DNA of 63,652 bases, the filler included, from a bacterium (lineage in GTDB: Bacteria; UBP15; UBA6099; JAJRTR01): NCBI GenBank assembly GCA_024278215.1. It is 5 parts of 5 records of this genome, joined end to end, with 100 filler letters (N's around TTAATTAATTAA, not from the genome) between each part and the next. Parts side by side here need not be neighbours in the genome. Positions count along the whole stretch, not along the records: positions 11,267 to 43,224 come from JAJRTR010000077.1; 4 more parts are not named here. One strand, written 5' to 3'. Shown here one piece after another: positions 28,301 through 39,255 of this stretch; position 1 is the first letter of the stretch; each line of letters starts with the position of its first letter. Position numbers and translations under genes: made by a program. A model generated the notes under the pieces. That model was given only the letters and a program-made list of their open reading frames with translations. It did not search any database and was not told the origin of the DNA.

Positions 28301-29665
28301 ATGGCCCCGACAATACTTTTTGTCGATGACGATGAAAGCCTGCGCGAGGTTACAAAGTATCACCTCGAGCAGGAAGGTTATAAGGTCTTAACCGCGGAAA
28401 ACGGACTTGCGGGCTTCGAGCTTTTCACAAAACTCAATCCCGATGTCGTGGTGTCGGACATCTCGATGCCGGAAATGGACGGTATCCAGCTCCTGAATAA
28501 GCTGAAAAGCGTAGCGGAAGACACCATGTTTATCATCGTAACAGCGCACGGCTCGGTCGAGTCCGCCGTGGAAGCGATGCAGATAGGCGCGAGTGATTAT
28601 ATCGAAAAACCGTTCTCTTCCGATGCCCTGAAATTGAGCATAAAGAAGGCGCTGCGCGTCGCGAAACTCGAACGTGAAAACAGGTATCTGAGACAGGTGG
28701 CCCAGGAGAAATTTCAATTTGAAAATATTGTGGGCACATCGAGCAGCATGCAACGTGTGTATGAAGTCGCCTCTCGCGTTGCCGACAAAAACACGTCGGT
28801 GATCATACTTGGAGAAAGCGGAACCGGGAAAGAACTTCTGGCTAAGGCGATTCACTTCAACAGCCGCAGAAAATCCGAGCCTTTCATTCCGATCAACATG
28901 GGCGCTATCCCCGAGCACCTCGTAGACTCCGAACTGTTCGGTCATGAAAAAGGATCGTTCACAGGGGCGTCGGCACGCCATACAGGCGCTTTCGAGCGAG
29001 CGCACAAAGGAACGATATTCCTTGATGAAATAGCAGAAATGCGGCTGGAACACCAGGTGCGGCTTCTGCGTGTTCTACAGGAAAAGGAAATAGTGCGTGT
29101 GGGTGGTGAAAAAGCTGTTCCGGTCGACGTGCGGGTGATCGCCGCGACAAACAATAATATAGAACAATTAGTGAAGGAAGGCACCTTCAGGGAAGACCTC
29201 TATTACCGGCTGTCGGTAGTTCCTATCAGGCTGCCGGCGTTGCGGGCGCGGGTCGACGACATCCCGTTGCTTCTCTCGCACTTCCTGAATAAGTATTGTG
29301 AAGACGCGGGCATAGCAAAACTCAAGGTGTCCGGCGACGCACTGAAAATATTGACTAAATACAGTTGGCCGGGGAACGTGCGTGAGCTGGAAAACACAGT
29401 CGAACGCTGTGTCGCAATGTCTTCTTCAGGAGAAATAACAGTGGACGATCTGCCTGAAAGGATAAGGGAAAAAGCGGCCTCGGGCGGAGCACTCGCTTTC
29501 AGTTTTGAACTGCCCGAAGAAGGCATCGTACTCGAAGATGTCGAGAAATCGCTTATCCAGGCGGCGCTTAAGAAAAACGATTACAACCAGTCCGCAACCG
29601 CCCGCTACCTCGGCGTCACCAGGAACACACTTCTCTATCGGATGGACAAATTCGGGTTGAAATAA
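28301..29665 (+). CDS. Sigma54-dependent response regulator (NtrC/ZraR-like)
   Basis: REC domain, GESGTGKE, GSFTGA, Fis HTH; AGGAGG RBS before ATG 28301. Confidence 0.95.
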   Translation: MAPTILFVDDDESLREVTKYHLEQEGYKVLTAENGLAGFELFTKLNPDVVVSDISMPEMDGIQLLNKLKSVAEDTMFIIVTAHGSVESAVEAMQIGASDYIEKPFSSDALKLSIKKALRVAKLERENRYLRQVAQEKFQFENIVGTSSSMQRVYEVASRVADKNTSVIILGESGTGKELLAKAIHFNSRRKSEPFIPINMGAIPEHLVDSELFGHEKGSFTGASARHTGAFERAHKGTIFLDEIAEMRLEHQVRLLRVLQEKEIVRVGGEKAVPVDVRVIAATNNNIEQLVKEGTFREDLYYRLSVVPIRLPALRARVDDIPLLLSHFLNKYCEDAGIAKLKVSGDALKILTKYSWPGNVRELENTVERCVAMSSSGEITVDDLPERIREKAASGGALAFSFELPEEGIVLEDVEKSLIQAALKKNDYNQSATARYLGVTRNTLLYRMDKFGLK

Positions 29666-29747
29666 GGGGGCCTGTAATTTGCAAATGCACCGTAGTGTCG
29701 TGTCAACGATGAAAAGATGTAATGTTGACGCGATTTAATATCGCGTA

Positions 29748-30923
29748 TTACTGATCGACTGCCTGTTCCGATGTTTCCTCTTTCGCCGCTTCTTCCGTTT
29801 CTCCTGTTTCCGTTTCCTCTTTCGCCGCTTCTTCTTTCGCTTTTTTCTCTTCCGCAAGTCGCTTCTTATATGCTTCCATAGCCTTTTTATCGGCTTCCTC
29901 CCGCGCTTTCTTTCGGGCATTATCCTTTTCCATAAACGATTGTTCTTTCTCGTAATACTTTTTCATAGCATCCATATCTCTGCCCCTGCAGAATCCCGGA
30001 AGAATTTTTTCCTTATATATTGTCTCGCAATAATTTTTATCCTTCTCGTATCCTGTTGCGACACGCGGCAAAGATTCTGTGAATGACTGTGCGTACTCAC
30101 GTCTGGTGATAGGCATATCCCGAAGTATTTTGAAAGCCAGAAGATATTCCATGGCTCTTTCGCTGGAATCGGATTCGAAGAAGCCGCTCTTCCCGGCGGT
30201 TTCCGCGTCCATCTTCGTAAATAACATACAGATGTCCCGGACATCCCCCTTTTTAATGGAAGTACACATCGTGGAATCGCTTTTATCCAATGCGTCCAGC
30301 AGAGTATTGAAAGCGCCTTCGCAGTTATCGCCCAGACCTAAACGATCGGCAAACCTCGAACATGCACCGGCTATAAGGCTCTTGCCAAGAAGGCTCCTGT
30401 CTCCTCGCATTATGGCAAATAAATAAGCATTGTTCAGGCAATTTTCCTCTGTTTTTTGTATCAATTCCTCTGTCTTTTGCCTGTCTTCCCGGGAAAGCGT
30501 GGCCTCGACATCGACAGTATCTGTCGCCTGTGCGAAGAACGGTTCATACTCGACACTGTCAACTTTGCACATGGGTTCATCCGTATACTCGATTTGCCTG
30601 CACAACATATAATCTCTCAGTCCGTTAATTAACGTTAGATCGTTTTCCTTCGAAAAACTGTTCAGAGCGAGATAGAATTCGTCGATATCGATAGGGCCCG
30701 CTTTTGCGATACAGGCAGCCTTTGCGGCATCCCAGTCGACATAAGAGAATGTCAGGGGGGCTGTCGCGGATTCCTCTTCGCCCTCTGCGACCGCCGTACC
30801 GGTGCCGTCAACTGCCCGGCCAGCCGTCGCGGCACTATCTTTTGTCTGGGAAACGACCTGCGATCCCGCCATCAATGTAAAAACCAAGGCGGTTATAATC
30901 AATAAGATGCTTTCTCTTTTCAT
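29748..30923 (-). CDS. Secreted Cys-spaced helical protein with a charged tail
   Basis: Signal peptide, about 10 spaced Cys, Glu/Lys/Ala-rich tail. Confidence 0.7.
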   Translation of the reverse strand: MKRESILLIITALVFTLMAGSQVVSQTKDSAATAGRAVDGTGTAVAEGEEESATAPLTFSYVDWDAAKAACIAKAGPIDIDEFYLALNSFSKENDLTLINGLRDYMLCRQIEYTDEPMCKVDSVEYEPFFAQATDTVDVEATLSREDRQKTEELIQKTEENCLNNAYLFAIMRGDRSLLGKSLIAGACSRFADRLGLGDNCEGAFNTLLDALDKSDSTMCTSIKKGDVRDICMLFTKMDAETAGKSGFFESDSSERAMEYLLAFKILRDMPITRREYAQSFTESLPRVATGYEKDKNYCETIYKEKILPGFCRGRDMDAMKKYYEKEQSFMEKDNARKKAREEADKKAMEAYKKRLAEEKKAKEEAAKEETETGETEEAAKEETSEQAVDQ

Positions 30924-30985
30924 ATCGACTCACCTCATCATTTTAGAATCAGTTATTGTTAATAATGTCAGAACTGCAAGTATAA

Positions 30986-31438
30986 TTATTTATTCTTTTC
31001 TTCCCACGGGACAGCAATGTTCAGAATGTCGTCAAGGTAAGATTCATCGCTGTGGGCGGAGCTCTCTTCAATAATCTTCGCTATGGACTCGGGCAGAGCT
31101 TCCTCGGGTTCTTCTTCCTTGAATATCTTCGGGTTTGATAGTGCGTTGTACACTATTTCTTCGCAGGTCTTGATATTGTTTTTCAGGATAGTTATCTGGA
31201 TTTGTTTTTCGTAGAGAAGATTTCTGAACTCACGGGCGGCGGTTTTTTGTTTCTCCTCGTCCGGATCATCATTTCCGGCGTATGCGCTGGAGGTCACCAG
31301 CACATCGTAAAACTTACCGTCTTTGCTTTTCTGCAACAGAAACGACTCTTTGTCCGTCGCGAGTTCACAGCATGTTGCCAGTACGGCTTCCTTCTTAAAC
31401 TTTGATTTCGAGACTGAAATTTTCATGTGTGGTTTCAT
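30986..31438 (-). CDS. HxsD-like protein (His-Xaa-Ser system accessory family)
   Basis: F..EAVLA.C....; AREFRNLL..QIQ..I...IV.NAL; DDILNIAVPWEEK tail, resembling HxsD family from recall. Confidence 0.65.
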   Translation of the reverse strand: MKPHMKISVSKSKFKKEAVLATCCELATDKESFLLQKSKDGKFYDVLVTSSAYAGNDDPDEEKQKTAAREFRNLLYEKQIQITILKNNIKTCEEIVYNALSNPKIFKEEEPEEALPESIAKIIEESSAHSDESYLDDILNIAVPWEEKNK

Positions 31439-31540
31439 AACCCTTTTCCCTGTGGACGACATGCCGGAACCGCTCTTGCTTTGTGAAAAACGCCTATACC
31501 AAAAGTCTATAGTCGTGTCTGACATGTGTCAACATGTTAT

Positions 31541-31624
31541 CGTAGTTCACTCTAAGGGAGATCGGCGTTATGAGGGCAATTCGCCGTTGAGATGCCCGGC
31601 GCGACTAAAGTGATGTGAACTACG
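31541..31624. repeat. Short element bounded by 10-bp perfect inverted repeats (degenerate MITE or hairpin)
   Basis: CGTAGTTCAC ... GTGAACTACG. Confidence 0.5.
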
Positions 31625-31793
31625 GCGCGTTCAGTCGATATAATTCGAGGCGGTGTCCCGGATCGACAAAAGAATATCCCGCGAACCCGTGCGGAGGGTA
31701 AAAAACTTCATGTATACGGAAAAAGGCACAAGTTCAGCTATAATAAAATCAGGAATACGGGTCAGCCGGGTTATTTTCGGGAATCACAATTAT

Positions 31794-33293
31794 ATGAGAA
31801 TCGCGTTCGTATTTAATCCGTTCAGTTACAAGCTGCACGAGGAGAACATCAGGGTCGTTCAGAAGTACTTCGGGCTCTTCCCTCCGTTGAGTATGGCATG
31901 GGTAGCGGCGATAGCGGAGCGTGCGGGGCATGAGGTGATCCTTGTGGACGCGCGCACCCTCGGCCTCTCAAGGGAAGAAACGCTCGAGGTGCTCAAAGAG
32001 TTCGAGCCAGACCTCCTCGGCTTCATGATGACTACATACATGTTTCAGGAAACGCTTGGCTGGGCGCGGTATTTGAAAAACGAGCTGAAGGTTCCTGTCG
32101 TAATAGGCGGCTACAATCTCAGGGTATATCCGCGCGAGTCGCTTATGAACGACGTTGCCGACTTCGGTTGTTACAAGCAGGCGCTCAAGATGTTTCCGGC
32201 CTTCCTCGATCAACTCGGCGGCGACCGTGATTATGAAGGCGTTCCGGGCCTGATTTATAAAAAAGGCAACGATATTGTTGTCAACGCTCCGCATCCCGAC
32301 GAGGAGAACTTCGACGAGTTTCCGAACCCGGCGCGGCATCTGCTACCCAATGAGATGTATGCCGAGTTTCCGACCGAGCGCAAGAATTTCACCGTTATGG
32401 TAACCAGCCTCGGATGTCCCCGGAAGTGTGTATTCTGCGAAGCGGGCGGCACCAGGTACGCACCAAGAAGTTCCGCCACTGTGATCGCCGAAATAGAGGA
32501 ATGCAACTCGCGGTACGGTATCAGGGAAATCGACTTTTTCGATTACGAATTCACGATAGTCAGGAAGCGCACCGAGGCAATTTGCGACGGAATAATCGAC
32601 CGGAAAATAGATGTAATCTGGGCGTGCAGGTCCAGAATCGATTCGGTCGACGGCGCGCTCCTCGAGAAAATGCACAATGCCGGATGCAGAAGAATATATT
32701 TCGGCATTGAAACCGGAAACCAGCAGGCTCTGGACGAGATGCACAAAGGAATAACGGTATCGCAAATAAGAAATACCATTGATATTACTATGCAACTGGG
32801 GATAAAAACCCTTGGATTTTTCCTTGTCGGCGTGCCGGGAGAAACCCGGAAATCGCAAAAAGAAACAGTGCGTTTCGCAGCCGGACTGAACCTGCATTAC
32901 GCGCAATTCTCGAAACTCACAGCCAAGCCGCAAACACCCATGTGGCGCGAGCTTGTCGAGAATACCGGCGAGGATTACTGGAAAGAATATATACTTGGCC
33001 GCACAGAAGAAAAACAACTGCCGCGCCCCTGGACGTCACTTTCAAACGACGAGATCGATCACCTGACAAAATGGGCTTATATACATTATTACACGAGGCC
33101 GGGATTCCTGCTCCGGGCCATCCTGTCCGTCGCTTCCTTCCCGGAGTTCAAACGCAAATTATTTGCGCTGCTCGATATGGTTTTCAGTCAGGAAAAAGTG
33201 TCTGAGGCATGGAAGAAAAAGAACCGAAAATTCAGGATATACAACGATAACAGGCGACGCCGCCTGAAGACAGGCCGGGAGATGGACAAATGA
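31794..33293 (+). CDS. B12-binding-domain radical SAM protein
   Basis: PPLSMAWVAA, TSLGCPRKCVFC, FGIETG; start placed at MRIAFVFNP. Confidence 0.92.
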   Translation: MRIAFVFNPFSYKLHEENIRVVQKYFGLFPPLSMAWVAAIAERAGHEVILVDARTLGLSREETLEVLKEFEPDLLGFMMTTYMFQETLGWARYLKNELKVPVVIGGYNLRVYPRESLMNDVADFGCYKQALKMFPAFLDQLGGDRDYEGVPGLIYKKGNDIVVNAPHPDEENFDEFPNPARHLLPNEMYAEFPTERKNFTVMVTSLGCPRKCVFCEAGGTRYAPRSSATVIAEIEECNSRYGIREIDFFDYEFTIVRKRTEAICDGIIDRKIDVIWACRSRIDSVDGALLEKMHNAGCRRIYFGIETGNQQALDEMHKGITVSQIRNTIDITMQLGIKTLGFFLVGVPGETRKSQKETVRFAAGLNLHYAQFSKLTAKPQTPMWRELVENTGEDYWKEYILGRTEEKQLPRPWTSLSNDEIDHLTKWAYIHYYTRPGFLLRAILSVASFPEFKRKLFALLDMVFSQEKVSEAWKKKNRKFRIYNDNRRRRLKTGREMDK

Positions 33294-34816
33294 AAATCCT
33301 TTTTGTTCATCTGGGCAGGGAGCATCTGGGACTCGAGTATCTTTCCGCAATGTTGAAACAGGCGGGCCACAGCACAGCGCTTGCCTGTGACATCGGTTTG
33401 TTCGGGATCAACGATAACATAATAATCAACAAACGCCTTGAACGTCTTTTCGACCGCTCGAATTCCGTGCTCAGGAAGGTCGCGGAGTATGAACCGGATA
33501 TCGTGTGCCTCTCGGCCTATACCACGACCCTGCAATGGTGCTTCAGAATCGCGGAAGCGGTGAAGGAAATGAAGCACGACACCAGGACGCTGCTCGGCGG
33601 CACTCATGTCACGTTGTCGCCGGAGAGTGCGCTCGGTTCGGCGGCTATTGATTACGCGGTTCGAGGCGAAGCCGAATTGATTATCGTGGAACTTGCAAAC
33701 CGCCTGGCGGCGGGAGAGTCCGTTGAAGACATGCCCGGAGTCGTCTGCAGGAGCGCGGACGGGATAAAAATAAACGCGCTTCCGCCGCATCCACGCGACC
33801 TGGATTCACTGCCTCTGCCGGACAAGCAACTGTTCGAGCGCGTAATCAACATCAGAGACGACTACATGACCCTGACGACCCGGGGCTGTATTTTCAACTG
33901 TACGTATTGCTGCGAACATTCGGTCAGGCGACTGTATCCGCCGGGCGAATATCGGCGCGTGCGCAGCGTTGGTTCACTTGTCGGGGAACTGGAAACGATG
34001 TACTCCAGATACGAGTTCAGGGAAGTATATTTCGCGTGTCCGCTGTTTCCGCCGGACAAGAAATGGGTAGCGGAATTCGCTGCCGAATATCGCGCGAAAA
34101 TCGACAAACCGTTCTACTGCTTCAGCCATGTGAACCTTTTCGATCTCGAATATGCGCAACTGATGAAGGAAGCCGGATGCAGAAATATTGAGTTCGGCGT
34201 TCAGACGATGAACGAGGATATCCGGAGGAACAGGCTGGGCAGGCCAGAGACCAATGAAAAGATTGTCGAGACACTTTCGATCTGCGAGAGGGTCGGACTC
34301 CGCTTCGATGTTGACGCTATATTCCAGTTGCCAGGCGAGCGGGAGGAAGACTTCCGGGTCGCCATAGATACGTTCTCTTCTTTTAAAATGCTGCACCGGA
34401 TCAAGGTCTTCAATCTGGCTTTGTTTCCGGGCACCGACTTGCTGGAACATTCGCTGACGGAAGGGCGGATAGACGAGAACGACCGCATGGAAATCATGGC
34501 GGGCGGCGGTGGCGACTTCTTCCACAGCAGGCAGCTCGAAAGCGGCGTGCCGCTGCGTAAACAAAGAGCTTATGAGAATATCCTTCGCATATTGCCGTTG
34601 TTCCCGGGGCTGTTTTCGGGGCGGCCGGCCGGCGGTTTCATGTTGCGCCTGATGTCGCTGCTGCCGCACCCCGCTGTCCGGTTTCTCGAATTTATCAACC
34701 TGGCGCGCCTGAGGGATTTAAGACTGTCTTTTTACATTCGACTTTATGCACGCAATTTGTTTGCCCGCACACCGGGACGTCTCCGCCGCGATTCCGGCAC
34801 ACGACCGGGCAAATAA
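33290..34816 (+). CDS. B12-binding-domain radical SAM protein
   Basis: HLGLEYLSA, GGTHVT, VRGEAE, RGCIFNCTYC. Confidence 0.92.
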   Translation: MKILFVHLGREHLGLEYLSAMLKQAGHSTALACDIGLFGINDNIIINKRLERLFDRSNSVLRKVAEYEPDIVCLSAYTTTLQWCFRIAEAVKEMKHDTRTLLGGTHVTLSPESALGSAAIDYAVRGEAELIIVELANRLAAGESVEDMPGVVCRSADGIKINALPPHPRDLDSLPLPDKQLFERVINIRDDYMTLTTRGCIFNCTYCCEHSVRRLYPPGEYRRVRSVGSLVGELETMYSRYEFREVYFACPLFPPDKKWVAEFAAEYRAKIDKPFYCFSHVNLFDLEYAQLMKEAGCRNIEFGVQTMNEDIRRNRLGRPETNEKIVETLSICERVGLRFDVDAIFQLPGEREEDFRVAIDTFSSFKMLHRIKVFNLALFPGTDLLEHSLTEGRIDENDRMEIMAGGGGDFFHSRQLESGVPLRKQRAYENILRILPLFPGLFSGRPAGGFMLRLMSLLPHPAVRFLEFINLARLRDLRLSFYIRLYARNLFARTPGRLRRDSGTRPGK

Positions 34817-34825
34817 ATTGCGGCG

Positions 34826-35824
34826 ATGGAAAGTTTGCCGATGAGTGTCTATTCGCAAATGATTCGAATCAGGTTCATGGGCGTTTTCCGGCCCCTGTTT
34901 ATCAGTTGGATGATTACAGACCGCTGTAACCTGAAATGCAGCGCATGCAGCCGCAACAGCGGTCGCACCGGTGATTCTCCGAAGCAGGTAGCAGACAGAA
35001 TAGTAGAGATTGCCGCGCGGGAGAGTGTTTTCAAGATCAATCTCACAGGTGGCGAACCGCTCATTCATCCCGGGATCGGCAGTATTATCGAACGGTTGCA
35101 CAATAGCAACATCAAAGTCACAATGAACACCAATGGTGTTTATGCCGCCGACAGGATCGCTCTGCTCAAACCAGTGAACGGTGTAAATGTGAGCCTGGAC
35201 GGGCGGCCGGAAACGCACGACGCATACCGCGGCAGTGGTGCGTATGGAGCGGCAGTCGCCGCAGTCGAAACACTTCGCGGGGCTGGCGTTCCGGTGAAAG
35301 TTACATGTTCGATAAGCTCGGCCGCCGGACTTGAAGACATACGGTCCGTACTCGAAACCGCCGGCCGGTTGGACGTTCCTGTTGTGTTCCAGCCCGGCCA
35401 GCTTTTCATTCTGGGCAGCAGGTTGCCGAATCCTGCCGCTCCCGCCCCTTCGGACTTCGGCGATCTCCTCGAGTATGTAATCAGTTTCAAACGCAAACAT
35501 CCCGCCGCGATACTCAATTCACTACAGGGATTGAGTCATCTCGCGAAATTGCCCGCCGATGCGCGGCTATTCTGTGGAGCGGGGAGATTCTTCTGCAGGA
35601 TCGACCCCGCGGGCAATGTCTTTGCCTGCAGCAACAGCCTGGGGCCGGAATCGCCCGCCGGCAACATTCTCTCTTCTTCGCTGTCCGACTTATTCGCAGG
35701 CTACCGGCACCCGCCCTGCACTCAATGCTGGTGCGCGGACAGGGTTGAAGCCAATCTTATTTTCGGGCTTAACCCGGGTGCCGTAACTAATTACATGCTG
35801 CACAGGGCTCGTTTCAATCTCTGA
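34826..35824 (+). CDS. Radical SAM/SPASM-twitch protein
   Basis: CNLKCSAC, TGGEP, CGAG..IDP.G.V.AC, CTQC. Confidence 0.9.
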   Translation: MESLPMSVYSQMIRIRFMGVFRPLFISWMITDRCNLKCSACSRNSGRTGDSPKQVADRIVEIAARESVFKINLTGGEPLIHPGIGSIIERLHNSNIKVTMNTNGVYAADRIALLKPVNGVNVSLDGRPETHDAYRGSGAYGAAVAAVETLRGAGVPVKVTCSISSAAGLEDIRSVLETAGRLDVPVVFQPGQLFILGSRLPNPAAPAPSDFGDLLEYVISFKRKHPAAILNSLQGLSHLAKLPADARLFCGAGRFFCRIDPAGNVFACSNSLGPESPAGNILSSSLSDLFAGYRHPPCTQCWCADRVEANLIFGLNPGAVTNYMLHRARFNL

Positions 35825-35857
35825 TGAGCATAGAAAGGCCCGTGACAACTGCTGACC

Positions 35858-36859
35858 ATGACGCATCCGGATAAAGACAATGCAGCCCGTGAATACCCGG
35901 CGGCGCGGGCGTTTTTTCCAAAAGCGTTCATTGCGATATTACCGGTTGCGCTTACGGTTCTCACGATACTTGTAGTTCTCAGGCATGTAGACCCGAAGAC
36001 GGCATACGAGCATCTTCTTTTGATACATCCGGGCACACTTGCCGCGGTTTTTCTCGCCTCGATAATTTCAAAAGTATTTCTCGCATCCCAGAAATGGCGG
36101 ATATGTCTTGCATCCGCAGGCTACAAAATCGGTCTCCGGCAGTCTATCCTTATTCAGCTCGGCTATCTCCCCGCTGCCTTGATTCTACCGTCGAAAACCG
36201 GCGAACTCGCCAGGATCATGTACCTCGAGCGTTGTCACAATATTCCTTCCGAAGTATCGCTGTCCGCGCTTGTCTATGATAATTTGATCAATATCATAGT
36301 GTTAATTTCCCTGCTCGCCGTTTCCTGGTCATACTTGCCGCGGGAGGGCGTCGCTTCATATCGTATTCTACTGCTGCTGCCTGTTCTGCTATTGTTTTCA
36401 GGCCGTTTCCGGCGTGTTCTTTTTCGGGCGGCGAACCACCTGCCCGGCACTGTCGGAAAACGATTCCAAAATGGACTGGATTTTTTCGGCAACATAGGCT
36501 CTAAAACTTTTCTCCTTCTCATCGCGATCGGCTTTGCATACAGGCTCGTCGCACCAGTTTTCACCGCCTTGTTGCTGATGAGAGACCTCGGCATCACAGC
36601 GCCCGCGGCGGCCGTTTGCGCGTCGACCACCCTGATCGATATCGCTGTTTCGTTTCCTATCGGAATCGGAGGCGTAGGGGCGCGGGAAGCTTTGTATATT
36701 ATACTGTTCAAGGCCTATGGTCATCCGGCGGTTTTATTAGCCGCCGGGGTCGCCGCGTCGTTTGTCGAAAAGATATTCCCGGCCCTGCTCGGGTTGCCGT
36801 TTGTATATAAGCTGGTGTTGAATTATTTCGTTCACGCCGGGGACGATGGAAGCAGGTGA
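35858..36859 (+). CDS. LPG-synthase-TM (flippase-like) membrane protein
   Basis: LPSKTGELAR, PIGIGGVGARE, multiple TM helices. Confidence 0.85.
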   Translation: MTHPDKDNAAREYPAARAFFPKAFIAILPVALTVLTILVVLRHVDPKTAYEHLLLIHPGTLAAVFLASIISKVFLASQKWRICLASAGYKIGLRQSILIQLGYLPAALILPSKTGELARIMYLERCHNIPSEVSLSALVYDNLINIIVLISLLAVSWSYLPREGVASYRILLLLPVLLLFSGRFRRVLFRAANHLPGTVGKRFQNGLDFFGNIGSKTFLLLIAIGFAYRLVAPVFTALLLMRDLGITAPAAAVCASTTLIDIAVSFPIGIGGVGAREALYIILFKAYGHPAVLLAAGVAASFVEKIFPALLGLPFVYKLVLNYFVHAGDDGSR

Positions 36860-36945
36860 ATGCCCCGGTAAACCGCTGATAATATTCCGGGGTGCACGCA
36901 TCGGCTATGATGGAAAATGCTGTGACATGGAGTTAAACTTTTCTT

Positions 36946-39198
36946 ATGAATCATGAGGCAACAGGGAGAGTGCTGATAATCAATCCGCCGGCGATTGTCG
37001 CTTCGGATTTCATCGACTATCCCTATTTTGCGAATATCGGTGCCCTCCAGCACGCTTCCGTTATTGCCGCCGAAGGGTTCGACGTGACCGTCGCCGATTC
37101 ATTCTCACATACGTCGAGTGACACCGTCGCGCTGGACGACGGTTCTTTCCTTGTCGGATGCGGGCCGGAGGCGATGTCCGAGTTGTGGCGCAACGCGACT
37201 TTCGATGCTGTGATTGTATGTGTCGGCGTTTTTCACAGACCGTTTGAGCGCAACGATTTTCTCGCCGGTTTTTTCAGGGATTTAAGAAAAACATTCGTGA
37301 ACACTCCGATAGCCGCGGCTGACGCGTATTTCGGCGGGATGCACTATGTGGATTATTCGGGAGATGATTTTATCGCCGATTATCCCGAGATAAATGTTTT
37401 AATCAGGTATGAAACCGAGGCGGCGGCGCTGCACTGGCTGAAAAATATCGGTTCGAGTGACGGGCGGGGCCGTGTGATTATCGGCGAATATCCGCGCAAC
37501 CTCGACGACCTGCCGTTTCCCGCATGGGACCTGATTAATGTGGAAAACTACATGCGTTTCCTTACCTGTTTTCTTAAGTCCACCGGGCGCCGGACCGATT
37601 TTTCGGATATAATGCCGGTCCTGCCCGTTGTGACGTCCAGGGGCTGTCGCTACAATTGTTCGTTTTGCTCCGGGACCGATATAGCGCAGACCGGCAGCTA
37701 CAGAAATGTCTCGAACGCGCGTCTGCGCCGTCATATAGCGGCCCTGAAAAAAGAGTACGGTATAAAAGGGATCGCGGTTCTTGACGGACTGGCGAACGAT
37801 ACTCCGGACGACTTCCACGAAAAGCTCGACATATTCAAGTCCGCAGATTTAAAGGTGTCTTTCCTGAACGGTCTTCGCGCCGACCGCCTGGAAAAATCAC
37901 ATATTGAAATGCTTTCGCAGGTTTCTCCGTCACTGACAGTTAGTGCGGAAAGCGCATCGGAAAAGGTGAGAAACGGCATATTGAACAAAAGGCTGGAGCT
38001 GTCCTCTATAGACAGGGTGGCGGCGTGGTGCGAAGAATTCAGTTTGCCGTTAAGCATTCATTACATGGTCGGAGTGCCGGGAGAAACCACGGCGGACGTG
38101 AATGCCACACTCGATCATGCGCACTCGACGGCAGCCGGGCACGGCGCGAATCCCCTGATTCAGTTTTGTGTGCCGCTGCCGGGTTCCGTCATCCATAAAA
38201 AACTCGCTTCGGACAGCGGAATCATATCGGCTGCCGGGACAAATTACTTCGGGCTTTTCAGCGGCGGCAGGGCGGATGAACCCGCGGATGCGCACTCCGC
38301 CCGCCTGAAGCGAATGCTTCGTTATTTCAAGATGAGAATGCGGGAGTCGACCCCGGAGAAACTGATAATCAATCTGACATACTTCTGCAACAACAAGTGC
38401 GAAATGTGCGCGGTGGGGGGCAGGCCGAGGCGCAACATGAGTTTTGAAAGATGCTCGGAACTTCTGACGGATTACAGGCGGCGCGGCGTAAAACTTCTGG
38501 ACCTCGACGGCGGGGAACCGACACTACATCCCGACCTTCTGGATATAATCGGAGCCGCCCGCGACATGGGATACGACAGCATAAATGTGACGACAAACGG
38601 AAGGAAACTTGCCTCACGGGATTTAGCGGCGCGCCTATTGCTGAGCGGAATCACGGACCTGCACATTTCTTTATATGGGCCGGACGCCGCGACTCACGAG
38701 CGCATAACCGGGGTGAAAGGCAGTTTCGAAGAAACGCGAAAAGGCATCCGCAACATTCTCCGGCTGAAGCCGGGGCATGTTTCGTTCGCAGCCAATACGG
38801 TATTGACAAACAGCAACTACAGGATGGTTTCCGGGCTGGCGGAATGGCTGGTGGATACAGGCGTCGCGGCACTGGACGTACAGTTCCCGACACCGTTCGG
38901 TTCCGCCGTGAAAGAGCATCTCCCGCCGGTTGGGGAAGCTGTCGCGGAATTTGAAAAAGCAGCGGGCAGGTTCGGTGATGTCATGAGGTTCAACCTGATA
39001 AATCTTCAGCCGTGCATGATGCCGCGGGGTTGGCCCGGTGCAGGGGCGGACGCGGAGAAATACAGCAGACACATGGCGTTCGTGGACGCGCCGCCGCAGA
39101 GCCTGGCGGTTTATCTCGCATCGAAGCGCAGGCGCGGCCCGGAATGCCTGAACTGCGAATATTATATAATCTGCGAAGGTTTCTATATCTTCGATTGA
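36946..39198 (+). CDS. Fused double radical SAM protein (B12-type N-half plus HxsC/MoaA-like C-half)
   Basis: Two CxxxCxxC motifs (CRYNCSFC, CNNKCEMC), GGEPT, C-terminal CLNC....CEG. Confidence 0.9.
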   Translation: MNHEATGRVLIINPPAIVASDFIDYPYFANIGALQHASVIAAEGFDVTVADSFSHTSSDTVALDDGSFLVGCGPEAMSELWRNATFDAVIVCVGVFHRPFERNDFLAGFFRDLRKTFVNTPIAAADAYFGGMHYVDYSGDDFIADYPEINVLIRYETEAAALHWLKNIGSSDGRGRVIIGEYPRNLDDLPFPAWDLINVENYMRFLTCFLKSTGRRTDFSDIMPVLPVVTSRGCRYNCSFCSGTDIAQTGSYRNVSNARLRRHIAALKKEYGIKGIAVLDGLANDTPDDFHEKLDIFKSADLKVSFLNGLRADRLEKSHIEMLSQVSPSLTVSAESASEKVRNGILNKRLELSSIDRVAAWCEEFSLPLSIHYMVGVPGETTADVNATLDHAHSTAAGHGANPLIQFCVPLPGSVIHKKLASDSGIISAAGTNYFGLFSGGRADEPADAHSARLKRMLRYFKMRMRESTPEKLIINLTYFCNNKCEMCAVGGRPRRNMSFERCSELLTDYRRRGVKLLDLDGGEPTLHPDLLDIIGAARDMGYDSINVTTNGRKLASRDLAARLLLSGITDLHISLYGPDAATHERITGVKGSFEETRKGIRNILRLKPGHVSFAANTVLTNSNYRMVSGLAEWLVDTGVAALDVQFPTPFGSAVKEHLPPVGEAVAEFEKAAGRFGDVMRFNLINLQPCMMPRGWPGAGADAEKYSRHMAFVDAPPQSLAVYLASKRRRGPECLNCEYYIICEGFYIFD

Positions 39199-39255
39199 GT
39201 GCGACAGACGCAGTGCGGGAAGTTCGTCCGTTAGAAATGCGGCAGATGCCGTCCG

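Noticed and set aside
36832-37053. His/Cys-rich ORF as a His-Xaa-Ser precursor
   Set aside because: Antisense to real genes, only one HxS, no RBS
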